Of a stretch of 64,000 nt of DNA, positions 1 to 15,100 are shown in pieces. Made by a program: the position numbers and the translations under genes. Below the pieces are notes generated by a model. That model searched no databases. It was given only the letters and a program-made list of their open reading frames with translations, and was not told the DNA's origin. Position 1 is the first letter of the stretch. Each line of letters begins with the position of its first letter. Source of the stretch: Macrostomum hystrix (Eukaryota; Animalia; Platyhelminthes); contig CATNEN010000037.1 of assembly GCA_950097015.1 (NCBI GenBank), positions 2,108,001-2,172,000 of the forward strand, given 5' to 3'.

Positions 1-3000
1 TCTAGTATTCTCTAGTATTCTCTAGTATTCTCTAGTAATCTCTAGTATTCTCTAGTATTCTCTAGTAATCTCTAGTATTCTCTAGTATCCACTAGTATTC
101 TCTAATATTCTCTAGTAATCTCTAGTATTCTCTAGTATTCTCTAGTATTCTCTAGTATTCTCTAATATTCTCTAGTATTCTCTAGTATTCTCTAGTAATC
201 TCTAGTATTCTCTAGTATCCACTAGTATTCTCTAATATTCTCTAGTAATCTCTAGTATTCTCTAGTATTCTCTAGTATTCTCTAGTATTCTCTAATATTC
301 TCTAGTATTCTCTAGTATTCTCTAGTAATCTCTTGTATTCTCTAGTATCCACTAGTATTCTCTAGTAATCTCTAGTATTCTCTAGTATTCTCTAGTATCC
401 TCTATTATTCTCTAGTATTCTCTAGTATTCTCTAGTATTCTCTAGTATTCTCTAGTATTCTCTAGTATTCTCTAGTATTCTCTAGTATTCTCTAATATTC
501 TCTAGTATTCTCTAGTATTCTCTAGTATTCTCTATTATTCTCTAGCATTCTCTAGTATTCTCTAGTATTCTCTAGTATTCTCTAGTAATCTCTAGTATTC
601 TCTAGTATCCACTAGTATTCTCTAATATTCTCTAGAAATCTCTAGTATTCTCTAGTATTCTCTAGTATTCTCTAGTATTCTCTAATATTCTCTAGTATTC
701 TCTAGTATTCTCTAGTAATCTCTTGTATTCTCTAGTATCCACTAGTATTCTCTAGTAATCTCTAGTATTCTCTAGTATTCTCTAGTATTCTCTATTATTC
801 TCTAGTATTCTCTAGTATTCTCTAGTATTCTCTAGTATTCTCTAATATTCTCTAGTATTCTCTAATATTCTCTAGTAATCTCTAGTATTCTCTAGTATTC
901 TCTAGTATTCTCTAGTATTCTCTAATATTCTCTAGTATTCTCTAGTATTCTCTAGTAATCTCTTGTATTCTCTAGTATCCACTAGTATTCTCTAGTAATC
1001 TCTAGTATTCTCTAGTATTCTCTAGTATCCTCTATTATTCTCTAGTATTCTCTAGTATTCTCTAGTATTCTCTAGTATTCTCTAGTATTCTCTAGTATTC
1101 TCTAGTATTCTCTAGTATTCTCTAATATTCTCTAGTATTCTCTAGTATTCTCTAGTATTCTCTATTATTCTCTAGCATTCTCTAGTATTCTCTAGTATTC
1201 TCTAGTATTCTCTAGTAATCTCTAGTATTCTCTAGTATCCACTAGTATTCTCTAATATTCTCTAGTAATCTCTAGTATTCTCTAGTATTCTCTAGTATTC
1301 TCTAGTATTCTCTAATATTCTCTAGTAATCTCTAGTATTCTCTAGTAATCTCTTGTATTCTCTAGTATCCACTAGTATTCTCTAGTAATCTCTAGTATTC
1401 TCTAGTATTCTCTAGTATTCTCTATTATTCTCTAGTATTCTCTAGTATTCTCTAGTATTCTCTAGTATTCTCTAGTATTCTCTAGTATTCTCTAGTATTC
1501 TCTAGTATTCTCTAATATTCTCTAGTATTCTCTAGTAATCTCTAGTATTCTCTATTATTCTCTAGCATTCTCTAGTATTCTCTAGTATTCTCTAGTATTC
1601 TCTAGTAATCTCTTGTATTCTCTAGTATCCACTAGTATTCTCTAGTAATCTCTAGTATTCTCTAGTATTCTCTAGTATTCTCTAGTATTCTCTAGTATTC
1701 TCTAGTATTCTCTAGTATTCACTAATATTCTCTAGTATTCTCTAGTATTCTCTAGTATTCTCTAGTATTCTCTATTATTCTCTAGCATTCTCTAGTATTC
1801 TCTAGTATTCTCTAGTATTCTCTAGTAATCTCTAGTATTCTCTAGTATCCACTAGTATTCTCTAATATTCTCTAGTATCCACTAGTATTCTCTAATATTC
1901 TCTAGTATTCTCTAGTATTCTCTAGTATTCTCTAGTATTCTCTAATATTCTCTAGTATTCTCTAGTATTCTCTAGTATTCTCTAGTATTCTCTAGTATTC
2001 TCTAGTATTCTCTAGTATTCTCTAGTAATCTCTAGTATTCTCTAGTATCCACTAGTACTCTCTAATATTCTCTATTATTCTCTAATATTCTCTAGTATTC
2101 TCTAGTATTCTCTAGTATTCTCTAGTATTCTCTAGTATTCTCTAGTATTCTCTAGTATTCACTAATATTCTCTAGTATTCTCTAGTATTCTCTAGTATTC
2201 TCTATTATTCTCTAGCATTCTCTAGTATTCTCTAGTATTCTCTAGTATTCTCTAGTAATCTCTAGTATTCTCTAGTATCCACTAGTATTCTCTAATATTC
2301 TCTAGTATCCACTAGTATTCTCTAATATTCTCTAGTATTCTCTAGTATTCTCTAGCATTCTCTAGTATTCTCTAATATTCTCTAGTAGTCTCTAGTATTC
2401 TCTATTATCCACTAGTATTCTCTCGTTTTTTCAGTAATCTCTAGTATTCTCTAGCATTCTCTAGCATTCTCTAGCATTTTCTAGTATTCTCTTGTTTTCT
2501 CTAGCAATCTCTAGTATTCTCTAGTATTCTCTAGCATTCTCTAGTATTCTCTATTATTCTATAATAATCTCTAGTATTCTCTATTATCGACTAGTATTCT
2601 CTCGTTTTTTCTAGTAATCTCTAGTATTCTCTAGTATTCTCTAGTATTCTCTAGTATTCTCTAGTATTCTCTAGTAATCTCTAGTATTCTCTAGTATTCT
2701 CTAGTAATCTCTAGTATTCACTAGTATCCACTCGTATTCTCTAATATTCTCTAGTAATCTCTAGTATTCTCTAGTATTCTCTAGTATTCTCTAGTATTCT
2801 CTAATATTCTCTAGTATTCTCTAGTATTCTCTAGTAATCTCTTGTATTCTCTAGTATCCACTAGTATTCTCTAGTAATCTCTTGTATTCTCTAGTATCCA
2901 CTAGTATTCTCTAGTAATCTCTAGTATTCTCTAGTATTCTCTAGTACTCTCTATTATTCTCTAATATTCTCTAGTATTCTCTAGTATTCTCTAGTATTCT

Positions 3001-3755
3001 CTAGTATTCTCTAGTATTCTCTAGTATTCTCTAGTATTCTCTAATATTCTCTAGTATTCTCTAGTATTCTCTATTATTCTCTAGCATTCTCTAGTATTCT
3101 CTAGTATTCTCTAGTATTCTCTAGTAATCTCTAGTATTCTCTAGTATCCACTAGTATTCTCTAATATTCTCTAGTATCCACTAGTATTCTCTAATATTCT
3201 CTAGTATTCTCTAGTATTCTCTAGTATTCTCTAGTATTCTCTAGTATTCTCTAGTATTCTCTAGTATTCTCTAGTATTCTCTAGTATTCTCTAGTATTCT
3301 CTAGTATTCTCTAGTATTCTCTAGTAATCTCTAGTATTCTCTAGTATCCACTAGTACTCTCTAATATTCTCTAGCATTCTCTAGTATTCTCTATTATTCT
3401 CTAGCATTCTCTAGTATTCTCTAGTATTCTCTAGCATTCTCTAGTATTCTCTATTATTCTATAATAATCTCTAGTATTCTCTATTATCGACTAGTATTCT
3501 CTCGTTTTTTCTAGTAATCTCTAGTATTCTCTAGTATTCTCTAGTATTCTCTAGTATTCTCTAGTATTCTCTAGTATTCTCTAGTAATCTCTAGTATTCT
3601 CTAGTATTCTCTAGTATTCTCTAGTAATCTCTAGTATTCTCTATTATCCACTACTATTCTCTCGTTTTTTAGTAATCTCTAGTATTCTCTAGCATTCTCT
3701 AGTATCCACTTGTATTCTCTCGTTTTTTAGTATTTCCCAGTATTCCCTAGTACTT
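1..3755. repeat. 10-bp satellite (TCTAGTATTC)n, runs off the window start
   Basis: Directly visible 10-bp period with recurrent variants (TCTAGTAATC, TCTAATATTC, ACTAGTATTC); variant blocks recur, e.g. near 2560-2610 and 3460-3510. Confidence 0.98.
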
Positions 3756-4371
3756 CATATCACTTTTATTTCCCGAATTCTAACAAACAAATGGTCGAGA
3801 CAAAAGCACTGCAGTTTTGGGTGCAGAGACAATTTTATTATCTAGTAATAGCATCATCAAGCTTCTTATATTCTTATGATAATGTATTGCTTTACGGACG
3901 ATAACTTATTATTATATTGTAACTGATTACAAATACTTAAAGGTATACTGAAATCAATATTTACAGTAACGAAAAGGTCTGTCACCTGAAGTGAAATAAA
4001 AAAGGTTGGAGTCAAAATTAAAAAGGACTGCGATTGCACATTGTACATCAACATGCAAATATGTAGCAACGAAGATGAATAAACATCACGCGTTGTTTTG
4101 AATCTATAATATGCAAGTGTTACAGAAACAATACCGAAGCTATACCGAAGCAGTACATATAACAAACTCAAGTTGAGACAATTGTTAACTTTTCAGGTTG
4201 AAAAATGATTTAAGCATTTTGTCTATTTTTTTTCTAAAATGACGAGAAACAACGAAATAGAGTGTACAGAAAAGCTGATTTTAAATTTGAAAATGTTTAG
4301 AAAATTCTATATCAAGACGATAGATGGAAGAAATTAGCGACTTAAAAGTTAAAGAAATGGGGTGGATGCTT

Positions 4372-5795
4372 AGAGAGGGTCATAGAGGGGTAGAGGGTCA
4401 TAGAGGGTAGAGGGTCATAGAGGGTAGAGGGTCATAGAGGGTAGAGGGTCATAGAGGGTAGAGGGTCATAGAGGGTAGAGGGTCATAAAGGGTAGAGTAT
4501 CATAGAGGGGTAGAGGGTCATAAAGGGTAGAGTGTCATAGAGGGGTAGAGTGTTATAGAGAGTAGAGGGTCATATAGGGGTAGAGTGTTATATAGGGGTA
4601 GAGTGTTATATAGGGGTAGAGTGTTATATAGGGGTAGAGTGCCATAGAGAGTAGTGTCATATGCCATAGTGCTAGAGTGCCATAGGGTCATATAGGGGTA
4701 GAGTGTCATATAGGGGTGGAGTGTCATAGAGAGTAGAGTGTCATATAGGGGTAGAGTGTCATATAGGGGTAGAGTGTCATATAGGGGTAGAGTGTCAGAG
4801 AGTAGAGGGTCATATAGCGGTAGAGTGTCATATAGGGGTAGAGTGTCATAGAGAGTAGAGTGTCATATAGGGGTAGAGTGTCATATAGGGGTAGAGTGTC
4901 ATATAGGGGTAGAGTGTCAGAGAGTAGAGGGTCATATAGCGGTAGAGTGTCATATAGGGGTAGAGTGTCATATAGGGGTAGAGTGTCAGAGAGTAGAGGG
5001 TCATATAGCGGTAGAGTGTCATATAGGGGTAGAGTGTCATAGAGAGTAGAGTGTCATATAGGGGTAGAGTGTCATATAGGGGTAGAGTGTCATAGAGAGT
5101 AGAGGATCATATAGGGGTAGAGTGTCATAGAGAGTAGAGGGTCATATAGGGGTAGAGTGTCATAGAGAGTAGAGGGTCATATAGCGGTAGAGTGTCATAT
5201 AGGGGTAGAGTGTCGTATAGGGGTAGAGTGTCATAGAGAGTAGAGGGTCATATAGGGGTAGAGTGTTATATAGGGGTAGAGTGTCATATAGGGGTAGAGT
5301 GTCATATAGGGGTAGAGTGTCATAGAGAGTAGAGGGTCATATAGGGGTAGAGTGTTATATAGGGGTAGAGTGTCATATAGGGGTAGAGTGTCATATAGGG
5401 GTAGAGTGTCATATAGGGGTAGAGTGTCATATAGGGGTAGAGTGTCATAGAGAGTAGAGGGTCATATAGGGGTAGAGTGTCATATAGGGGTAGAGTGTCA
5501 GAGAGTAGAGGATCATATAGGGGTAGAGTGTCATAGAGAGTAGAGGGTCATATAGGGGTAGAGTGTCATAGAGAGTAGAGGGTCATATAGCGGTAGAGTG
5601 TCATATAGGGGTAGAGTGTCATATAGGGGTAGAGTGTCATAGAGAGTAGAGGGTCATATAGGGGTAGAGTGTCATATAGGGGTAGAGTGTCATGTAGGGG
5701 TAGAGTGTCATATAGGGGTAGAGTGTCATAGAGAGTAGAGGGTCATATAGGGGTAGAGTGTCATATAGGGGTAGAGTGTCATAGAGGGTAGAGGG
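4372..5795. repeat. 17/18-bp minisatellite (GGGGTAGAGTGTCATATA)n
   Basis: Visible period 17-18; lies downstream of the Lmx1 stop; source of the spurious MTLYPY/SYRGRV ORFs. Confidence 0.96.
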
Positions 5796-6175
5796 TCAGA
5801 GGTGGATGAAAAGGCAATGGAAAAACTGTAAGATGGAAACCAAGTCTAATTTGCAAGAGATTATGGAACATTTTTTCAGCCATTAGTTCAATAAAATATG
5901 AAAGCAAATTAGCATACGAGCTACAAGGTCAATGTACACGTCAGCCAATATTGAAAAAGAACATGATACTAGCTTAAAATCAAGCTTCAATTGTGCCGCT
6001 GCAAAATCATTATGAATGCCTCCCCTTAGTCATGGAACAATAGATTTTGTGCAAAGAAGCTAACAGAAGATATTTAACAACAAGCGCAAGCGTCAGCAAA
6101 TCGAAAAACATTTATGATAAAAATCTCGCAGTCTTAATTATAATCATTAGCAGAATCATTGTTGAACATTTAGCC

Positions 6176-9100
6176 TCAGGTGAAATAGGCAGTCTGCATT
6201 GAGTAGAGCTTGTCCATCGGATCCTCGGATTTTGTCAGACTGTCTAACATGCTCAAACTGCTACTGCCGCTGTGATTGTGATTAATACTGCTGCTGTTAT
6301 TGTTGTTGTTATTGCCGTTACCATGGTGATGGAGCATAACTTCGCCGCTTACAGTTATGTCTAACGGCCCGATAGATAAAGCATCGTCGCCCATGACGAT
6401 GGAGTGAGCGGCCGCGGTGCAAGAGTCCGCCGTGGTCGGCGAGTCGCCAGTCGCGTCCGACATTCCTCCGGCTGCCGCGGTGGCTGCGGCAACTGAGGCG
6501 GCCGCGGCGGCTGCCGTCTGTCTTCTTGCCAGCTTCTTGACCTTGGCCCGCTGATTCTGGAACCAGACCTGCACAACGCGGACACTGAGGCCAGTCTCGG
6601 CGGCCAGCGACTCGCGGACTTTTCTAGACGGCTTCGGGTTGACTTCAAAGGCTGATTTGAACTTTCGCCGCTGGCCGGTGCTGAGGATGGTGCGTGGTCT
6701 CTTCGCTCCGCCACGGCCGCCCTGCTCGCTGTCCGAGTCGTCCAGTTCGTCGAGATCGTCGCTGCGAGGCGAACGCGGTGGCGCTGCCTGCTGCTGAACT
6801 GAAGGCTGTTCAGGCTGCTGCGGCTGCTGCTGCTGCTGCAGGTGTTCCTGCTGCAACTGCAGGGTGGCTGCCAGCTCTCTTTCGTAGTCGAAGCGGCAAA
6901 AAAGTCTTCCGTCGCGAACAACAAACTGGTCGCCTTTGCGCAGCGGCAGGCCGCAGGCGATGCATGCGAAGCAGGTCACGTGATAGGCGTGCTGGTTGGC
7001 GCGCATCACCAGCTCCTTGGAGCCGATTGGCTGGCCGCAGCAGCTGCAGCGAGTGCCGAATTTCCTGGCGGGAGCGAAAATGATAGATGAAAAGTTTTGA
7101 ATTTGTTCTTTCTCATTTTTATTTAGCTGACACTGTCTAAAGCATTTGTCCTTTGAGAATTAGGAGTACCTATCTAAAGCAGCCTCTCTATCTAACTTAC
7201 CGGTTCTTTGATGAAGCCGCCTATCTTATCAATCTAACCCACAGGTTCTCTGATGAAGCCTCCTATCTTATGAATATAATCCACAGGTTCTTTTGATGAA
7301 GCCGCCTATCTTATCAATCTAATCCACCTGTTCTTTGATGAAGCCGCCTATCTTATCTATCTAACCCACAGGTTCTCTGATGAAGCCTCCTATCTTATGA
7401 ATATAATCCACAGGTTCTTTTGATGAAGCCGCCTATCTTATCAATCTAACCCACCGGTTCTTTGATGAAGCCGCCTATCTTATCAATCTAACCCACCGGT
7501 TCTTTGATGAAGCCGCCTATCTTATCAATCTAACCCACAGGTTCTTTTGATGAAGCCGCCTATCTTATCAATCTAACCCACCGGTTCTTTGATGAAGCCG
7601 CCTATCTTATCAATCTAACCCACCGGTTCTTTGATGAAGCCGCCTATCTTATCAATCTAACCCACCGGTTCTTTGATGAAGCCGTCTTCCTTATCAATCT
7701 AACACACCGGTTCTTTGATGAAGCCGCCTATCTTATCAATCTAACCCACAGGTTCTTTGATGAAGCCGCTTATCTTATCAATCTAACCCACCGGTTCTTT
7801 GATGAAGCCGCCTATCTTATCTATCTAACCCACAGGTTCTCTGATGAAGCCTCCTATCTTATGAATATAATCCACAGGTTCTTTTGATGAAGCCGCCTAT
7901 CTTATCAATCTAACCCACCGGTTCTTTGATGAAGCCGCCTATCTTATCAATCTAACCCACCGGTTCTTTGATGAAGCCGCCTATCTTATCAATCTAACCC
8001 ACAGGTTCTTTTGATGAAGCCGCCTATCTTATCAATCTAACCCACCGGTTCTTTGATGAAGCCGCCTATCTTATCAATCTAACCCACCGGTTCTTTGATG
8101 AAGCCGCCTATCTTATCAATCTAACCCACCGGTTCTTTGATGAAGCCGTCTTCCTTATCAATCTAACACACCGGTTCTTTGATGAAGCCGCCTATCTTAT
8201 CAATCTAACCCACAGGTTCTTTGATGAAGCCGCTTATCTTATCAATCTAACCCACAGGTTCTCTGATGAAGCCGCCTATCTTATCAATCTAACCCACCGG
8301 TTCTTTGATGAAGCCGTCTTCCTTATCAATCTAACCCACCGGTTCTTTGATGAAGCCGCCTATCTTATCAATCTAACCCACCGGTTCTTTGATGAAGCCG
8401 CCCATCTTATCAATCTAACACACAGGTTCTTTGATGAAGCCGCCTATCTTATCAATCTAACCCACCTGTTCTTTGATGAACCCGCCTATCTTATCAATCT
8501 AACCCACCGGTTCTTTGATGAAGCCGCCTATCTTATCAATCTAACCCACCGGTTCTTTGATGAAGCCGCCTATCTTATCAATCTAACCCACCGGTTCTTT
8601 GATGAAGCCGCCTATCTTATCAATCTAACCCACCGGTTCTTTGATGAAGCCGCCTATCTTATCAATCTAACCCACCTGTTCTTTGATGAACCCGCCTATC
8701 TTATCAATCTAACCCACCGGTTCTTTGATGAAGCCGTCTTCCTTATCAATCTAACACACCGGTTCTTTGATGAAGCCGCCTATCTTATCAATCTAACCCA
8801 CCGGTTCTTTGATGAAGCCGCCTATCTTATCAATCTAACCCACCGGTTCTTTGATGAAGCCGGCACTACACAGAAAGCACGAGTTATTTGATGCAATAAA
8901 TTCAACCAAATGGCTGGGCTTAAAACTCTTAAGTAAAGCTATGAGATATTTCTTGTATATTGACCTTCATGCTCGAGGCACAATGTCTACAGAAAGGACG
9001 CTCTCGAGAAGGGATTAAATGGAGCAGATTAGTCTCTGACAGGACATGTTTAGTTTCCAAGCAGAGTTCACGGATCATCGGTTAGAGCAAATGCTTAGAA

Positions 9101-12100
9101 ATTTATTTGACTGCCTTTTGGATGGCGAGTCCACATTCTGGGGAATTACTGGACACAAGTTAAGCTATCCAGACTCTCTCAATGAGTGAGTGCATTGAGA
9201 AATATTTGCCAATGGGATTATAGTGAGTGCAGTTTGAGTCCTGCAGGATTAGCTTATTTAACAAGTTGGCAAACAACAGCTATGGCAACTGAAATCACTC
9301 CGCCTCTCTCACACCCGAGCCCCAGCAGGGGCCGCACTGGAAGAGAAGTCCCTTGGCTAGCAACAAACGTTTGAAACATTTTGCTTTCAATCGCACTAAA
9401 ATGCTTTGGGCTTCAATCTAAAATTATATTATCCACTTTTTTAGTTTTTAAAGCCTAGGCCTACAATCACGGGTTAAGCGATAACTACATGGTATTACTC
9501 AACGGGGTGGCACAGAGGACTGCTAAGGTCCCGAGTCTACAGTGGTTGTTAAGGCGTGATTCCTAGTCCGATGGTTAAATTGGTGCAGCCGAGTCACGCT
9601 CTCTCGTCAGCCCTGCCAAACAGGTTACACTCGAGCATTTGTCTAATTGTTGAAAGCTTTTAATAATTAAATACGGATATCAAAAGGGTGGTTTGTAGCT
9701 CGAACACCGCTGCACCAAGCATTTTTAAAGCAAACATTGGCACCCGCCCTTGTCTTCCGGAAGAGGATTCGGGAGCCAGAAGGAAGCAGCAGGTGATTTC
9801 TTTCCTTCTTCCGAATCTCTCCCCAATGGCTCCATGCGGTTGGTCGCTTGACAGCTAGAGCTTCCGCAGTTTACAGGGCAGCGTGCTCACAGCCATGCTC
9901 AAGCTATACTCACAGGTCCACAGTTTGCTGCTCAAACTGCCGGTAGGACACGACCGACAAACACATGCAACTCAAGAAGCAGGGAGAGAGAGAGCCGGGA
10001 GAATTGTTTGTACAAATCTTGACCATGACACAGGTTATCCACCCTCAGCTCTGACCAGAATGCTCTCGATATGTGCTCAGTTCCTGTGTTGATTCCAGCA
10101 AAGTATTAAAAGGATTTGAGTAAACTGTGGAGGACCCTCGGTAGTATAGGAGGAGGAGATGACAGTCTGTGGGGTCGTGCACGGCCTCACCTTGTGTGCT
10201 CAACCAACTCATACTCGCAGAGATTTTAAGTTGCACACGTGCCGGACAGGCCTTGATTGTTGTTCGAAGAGGTGTTAAACAATTTTTAAACAAAGGGTTA
10301 GAGCAGCGGTGAGCGGCTGCTCCGAGTTTGTGTCAATCCACTGGACCAGGTGAAGCTATGATGGACAGCTAGGGCAGTAGAGAGAATAGACAACAACACT
10401 AGTGAGCATATTTTCTAAGTCTGGCTACAATGGGTAGGATAATAATTTCATCCAATCCTTATATCCTTGTTTGAATTTTATGGGCCATTATTTTCATATT
10501 TAAAAATTATTTGAGCATTGTTTATTTTAGAACTGAAAAAACAGGTCTTTTTGACAGCCTTTCTGTTGACAGCCTTTCATATTTTCTAGAGAGTAAAACT
10601 TCAAATCCATCATGTCTCTCCCTAAACCCGTTAACCCCAAAACCAGTGATGACCTCCCTAAATCCATAATGACCACCCTAAATCCACGATGACCTCCCTA
10701 AATCCATGATGACCTCCCTAAATCCATGATGACCTCCCTAAATCCATGATGGCCTCCCTAAATCCATGATGACCTCCCTAAATCCATGATGACCTCCCTA
10801 AATCCATGATGACCTCCCTAAATCCACGATGACCTCCCTAAATCCATGATGACCTCCCTAAATCCATGATGACCTCCCTAAATCCACGATGACCTCCCTA
10901 AATCCATGATGACCTCCCTAAATCCATGATGACCTCCCTAAATCCACGATGACCTCTCTAAATCCATAATGACCTCCCCAAATTCATGATGACCTCCCTA
11001 AATCCACGATGACCTCCCTAAATCCATAACGACCTCCCTAAATCCACGATGACCTCCCTAAATCCACGATGACCTCCCTAAATCCATAACGACCTCCCTA
11101 AATCCATGATGACCTCCCTAAATCCACGATGACCTCCCTAAATCCATAATGACCTCCCCAAATCCATAATGACCTCCCCAAATTCATGATGAAATTCCCG
11201 AAATTCCCAAATTCCCAAAAGCAGAATAACTCAAAAAACGCAGACAATAAAGTTTCTTCGCATTTGGAAAGCATTTGTTTGAAGGCATTCGCCTAACCAC
11301 AGGAGATTGTGGGAGGAGCGGGCTCACTGTGAACGAGTTTGGACAAGTGAAAATTAGCGACAACTGGGCGAGTTTGAGAAAATAAAGGTGTACAAATTCT
11401 CAGTTTTCAAGTGCCGAAATTCGCATAGGAAGTGTTCCCAGCTGCATCTAATAAGTGGGCTTATGTGTTATGTTTGAATACAAACCCCGTGGACTGTGTT
11501 ATCTGCTATGAGCTTTAGCTGTCTCAGGTTAGTCCAGCTAAACACCCAGGCGGAGGATGGGGTGGCCGTTCAACAGCTGCCAGTCACTTCAAAGCGTCAA
11601 TAGATGCCAGACCGAGGCGCCATTCGACTTCGCTGCAGATTATATAGTCTATGGCCCTCCCGCGGAGTCCAATTTCAAGCCTTGGCTTCACTTTCCCTTG
11701 CCTAGCAATGCAATGGTTTTAAGGAAACAACAACAAACCATTGTGTGAGTATAGAACTCAATATGCTCAGTATTCTGTGGAGCTTCATGCATAACTCTAC
11801 TCTCTACTTTACTTTCTCTTTCACTTGGTATATTTTGGAAGCAAGGCGGACCTCGAGTTAAGGGTTCTCAACTGCCCGGCGGGTGGTCAGGATTGTTCCC
11901 GCAGTCATGAAATATTAAAGCGCCAAAACCGCATGGTTACTGCGCGCGGCTGTGGCATGACTGAAGTTTGGCCTGGATGGGGGGTTTGGCCCATAGAACT
12001 CTGCTGGCTCGCTTTTCATATTGTGACAAGAAACTGTGTAGATGCGTACATTCGAGTGTTTTTTCGTTCACCAAACACCTTTTGAATCTTTGAAAAGCGA

Positions 12101-15100
12101 AATTTGAAAAAAAACGCGAGCGGATGGCAACAACAAAGCCTTAGAGAGCTCACAGAAAGGGTGCGCAATTGAATACTACTGAGCAGCAATCTGGTATAGG
12201 ACAGTCTTCCTGCATGCAGTCATTCGGGCTAAAGGTTATTGTTGCATATTTAATGCCTGTTTTTGTTCTTCACACTTGCTGTTCTTTGTTAAAAACCATT
12301 TCTTACACGCCTTTATAGACTGTTCAGTGAAGGGATCACTGATGGATGTCTGATGGATAGCGGGCTGTTCAGTGAAGGGATGTCTGATGGATAGCGGGCT
12401 GTTCAGTGAAGGGATGTCTGATGGATAGCGGGCTGTTCAGTGAAGGGATGTCTGATGGATAGCGGGCTGTTCAGTGAAGGGATGTCTGATGGATAGCGGG
12501 CTGTTCAGTGAAGGGATGTCTGATGGATAGCGGGCTGTTCAGTGAAGGGATCACTGATGGATGTCTGATGGATAGCGGGCTGTTCAGTGAAGGGATGTCT
12601 GATGGATAGCGGGCTGTTCAGTGAAGGGATATCTGATGGATGTCTGATGGATAGCGGGCTGTTCAGTGAAGGGATGTCTGATGGATAGCGGGCTGTTCAG
12701 TGAAGGGATGTCTGATGGATAGCGGGCTGTTCAGTGAAGGATGACTGATGGATAGCGGGCTGTTCAGTGAAGGGATCACTGATGGATGTCTGATGGATAG
12801 CGGGCTGTTCAGTGAAGGGATGTCTGATGGATAGCGGGCTGTTCAGTGAAGGGATGTCTGATGGATAGCGGGCTGTTCAGTGAAGGATGACTGATGGATA
12901 GCGGGCTGTTCAGTGAAGGGATCACTGATGGATATCTGATGGATAGCGGGCTGTTCAGTGAAGGGATGTCTGATGGATAGCGGGCTGTTCAGTGAAGGGA
13001 TGTCTGATGGATAGCGGGCTGTTCAGTGAAGGGATGTCTGATGGATAGCGGGCTGTTCAGTGAAGGGATGTCTGATGGATAGCGGGCTGTTCAGTGAAGG
13101 ATATCTGATGGATAGCGGGCTGTTCAGTGAAGGGATCACTGATGGATAGCGGGCTGTTCAGTGAAGGCATCACTGATGGATAGCGGGCTGTTCAGTGAAG
13201 GATATCTGATGGATAGCGGGCTGTTCAGTGAAGGATGTCTGATGGATAGCGGGCTGTTCAGTGAAGGATATCTGATGGATAGCGGGCTGTTCAGTGAAGG
13301 ATATCTGATGGATAGCGGGCTGTTCAGTGAAGGATATCTGATGGATAGCGGGCTGTTCAGTGAAGGGATCACTGATGGATAGCGGGCTGTTCAGTGAAGG
13401 ATGTCTGATGGATAGCGGGCTGTTCAGTGAAGGGATGTCTGATGGATAGCGGGCTGTTCAGTGAAGGATATCTGATGGATAGCGGGCTGTTCAGTGAAGG
13501 GATCACTGATGGATAGCGGGCTGTTCAGTGAAGGATATCTGATGGATAGCGGGCTGTTCAGTGAAGGATGTCTGATGGATAGCGGGCTGTTCAGTGAAGG
13601 ATATCTGATGGATAGCGGGCTGTTCAGTGAAGGGATCACTGATGGATAGCGGGCTGTTCAGTGAAGGATATCTGATGGATAGCGGGTTGTTCAGTGAAGG
13701 ATATCTGATGGATAGCGGGCTGTTCAGTGAAGGATATCTGATGGATAGCGGGCTGTTCAGTGAAGGATATCTGATGGATAGCGGGCTGTTCAGTGAAGGA
13801 TGTCTGATGGATAGCGGGCTGTTCAGTGAAGGATATCTGATGGATAGCGGGCTGTTCAGTGAAGGATATCTGATGGATAGCGGGCTGTTCAGTGAAGGAT
13901 ATCTGATGGATAGCGGGCTGTTCAGTGAAGGATATCTGATGGATAGCGGGCTGTTCGATATAGATTGACATTTTTAAAGGCCTGAACTACGGAGCTACAA
14001 GGGTAAAGGGTTCTCCTGTTAACGAGCTAGATAAGCATTTCATTATCAATGGGTTAAATAATCCCCATATATGTAACATGTTATAACACAGTCTAAAAAT
14101 GCTCAGACTTTGAGCACACAGAAGTCAAGTGGGAGCTGCATGCTGCTGCTGCTGCTGTTGTATGAGGAAGAAAGATGTCTTAGGGTAGGAGGCTGAACAT
14201 GCGAAGACACGGTGATAACGTATTATGAGCACATATTTACTCTCCTATATTTAGTATAAATATTTCCAATTGGACAGAGCTTGTATTGATAACAGGTATG
14301 GGTGGACCCAAGCTCGCAGTGTTAACATGCGTGCTCCCTAACTCAATGTAATCTATACTATGTAATTTTTACATGTGTATTTCTGATTCTATGTATTGAC
14401 CTAACTTACAGTCAGCATCAAAGACATGATTAGCCTATGAATCCAGAATGCTTAGTCAAACACACTGCTGGTTCTGGGAGTATAGAGGAGAACAGAAGTA
14501 GCTCGTAGTTGCCTCCAATCATGACCCTTCAGATTCACCCGGTAAAAAAGTGAGAGAATCTCAGCCATACGAGTATGCTGTTCTTATTGAATACCTTTAA
14601 GCAGTTTGCGAGAGGGCCTGCGATACCAGCATTATATTGATTTCTGGAAAATTTGATCACTTCAGGACATCACGGGTCAACATCAACTTGCATTGGATGG
14701 CATATTTACTATATACACGATTCATATGCATAATATTCGAATCCATATAGTAGATTAATATTGCCATGCAGGACGAGTGAGTGACAGATTGAGAAACTGC
14801 GTCAAGCATGCTCAGCGGAGGATGAAAATCGGGGACAGATCGAATTGCTTGGAAAAGTGTTTAATCTTCCTCTGAACTAGCCAAGTCAAGCGAAATTTTG
14901 CATAACTACGCCACCACGCATGCCATGTCTCAGAGAAATAGTCACTTGCTTGCGGTGCCAACTGCTGCTGATGTGTTGGAGATCAACAATGTGGAGATTA
15001 ATTGCTTTTCTCACTGCCACTCTCTTCTGCAGGAGAAAGTAATATTAGACGACTGGGCATAGAATGGTGAGATGCTTTCAGCAAACACTTCACTGCACAA

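Noticed and set aside
7190-8866. 42-bp repeats as a CRISPR array
   Set aside because: Units are head-to-tail with no unique spacers, there are no cas genes, and the context is a eukaryotic intron.
7190-8866. CTGATGA in variant units as a hammerhead ribozyme core
   Set aside because: No downstream GAAA or stem II/III; most units read TTGATGA.
9860-10092. QGSVL motif as a LINE reverse-transcriptase remnant
   Set aside because: No following YADD motif or other RT blocks; a 5-residue match is not sufficient.
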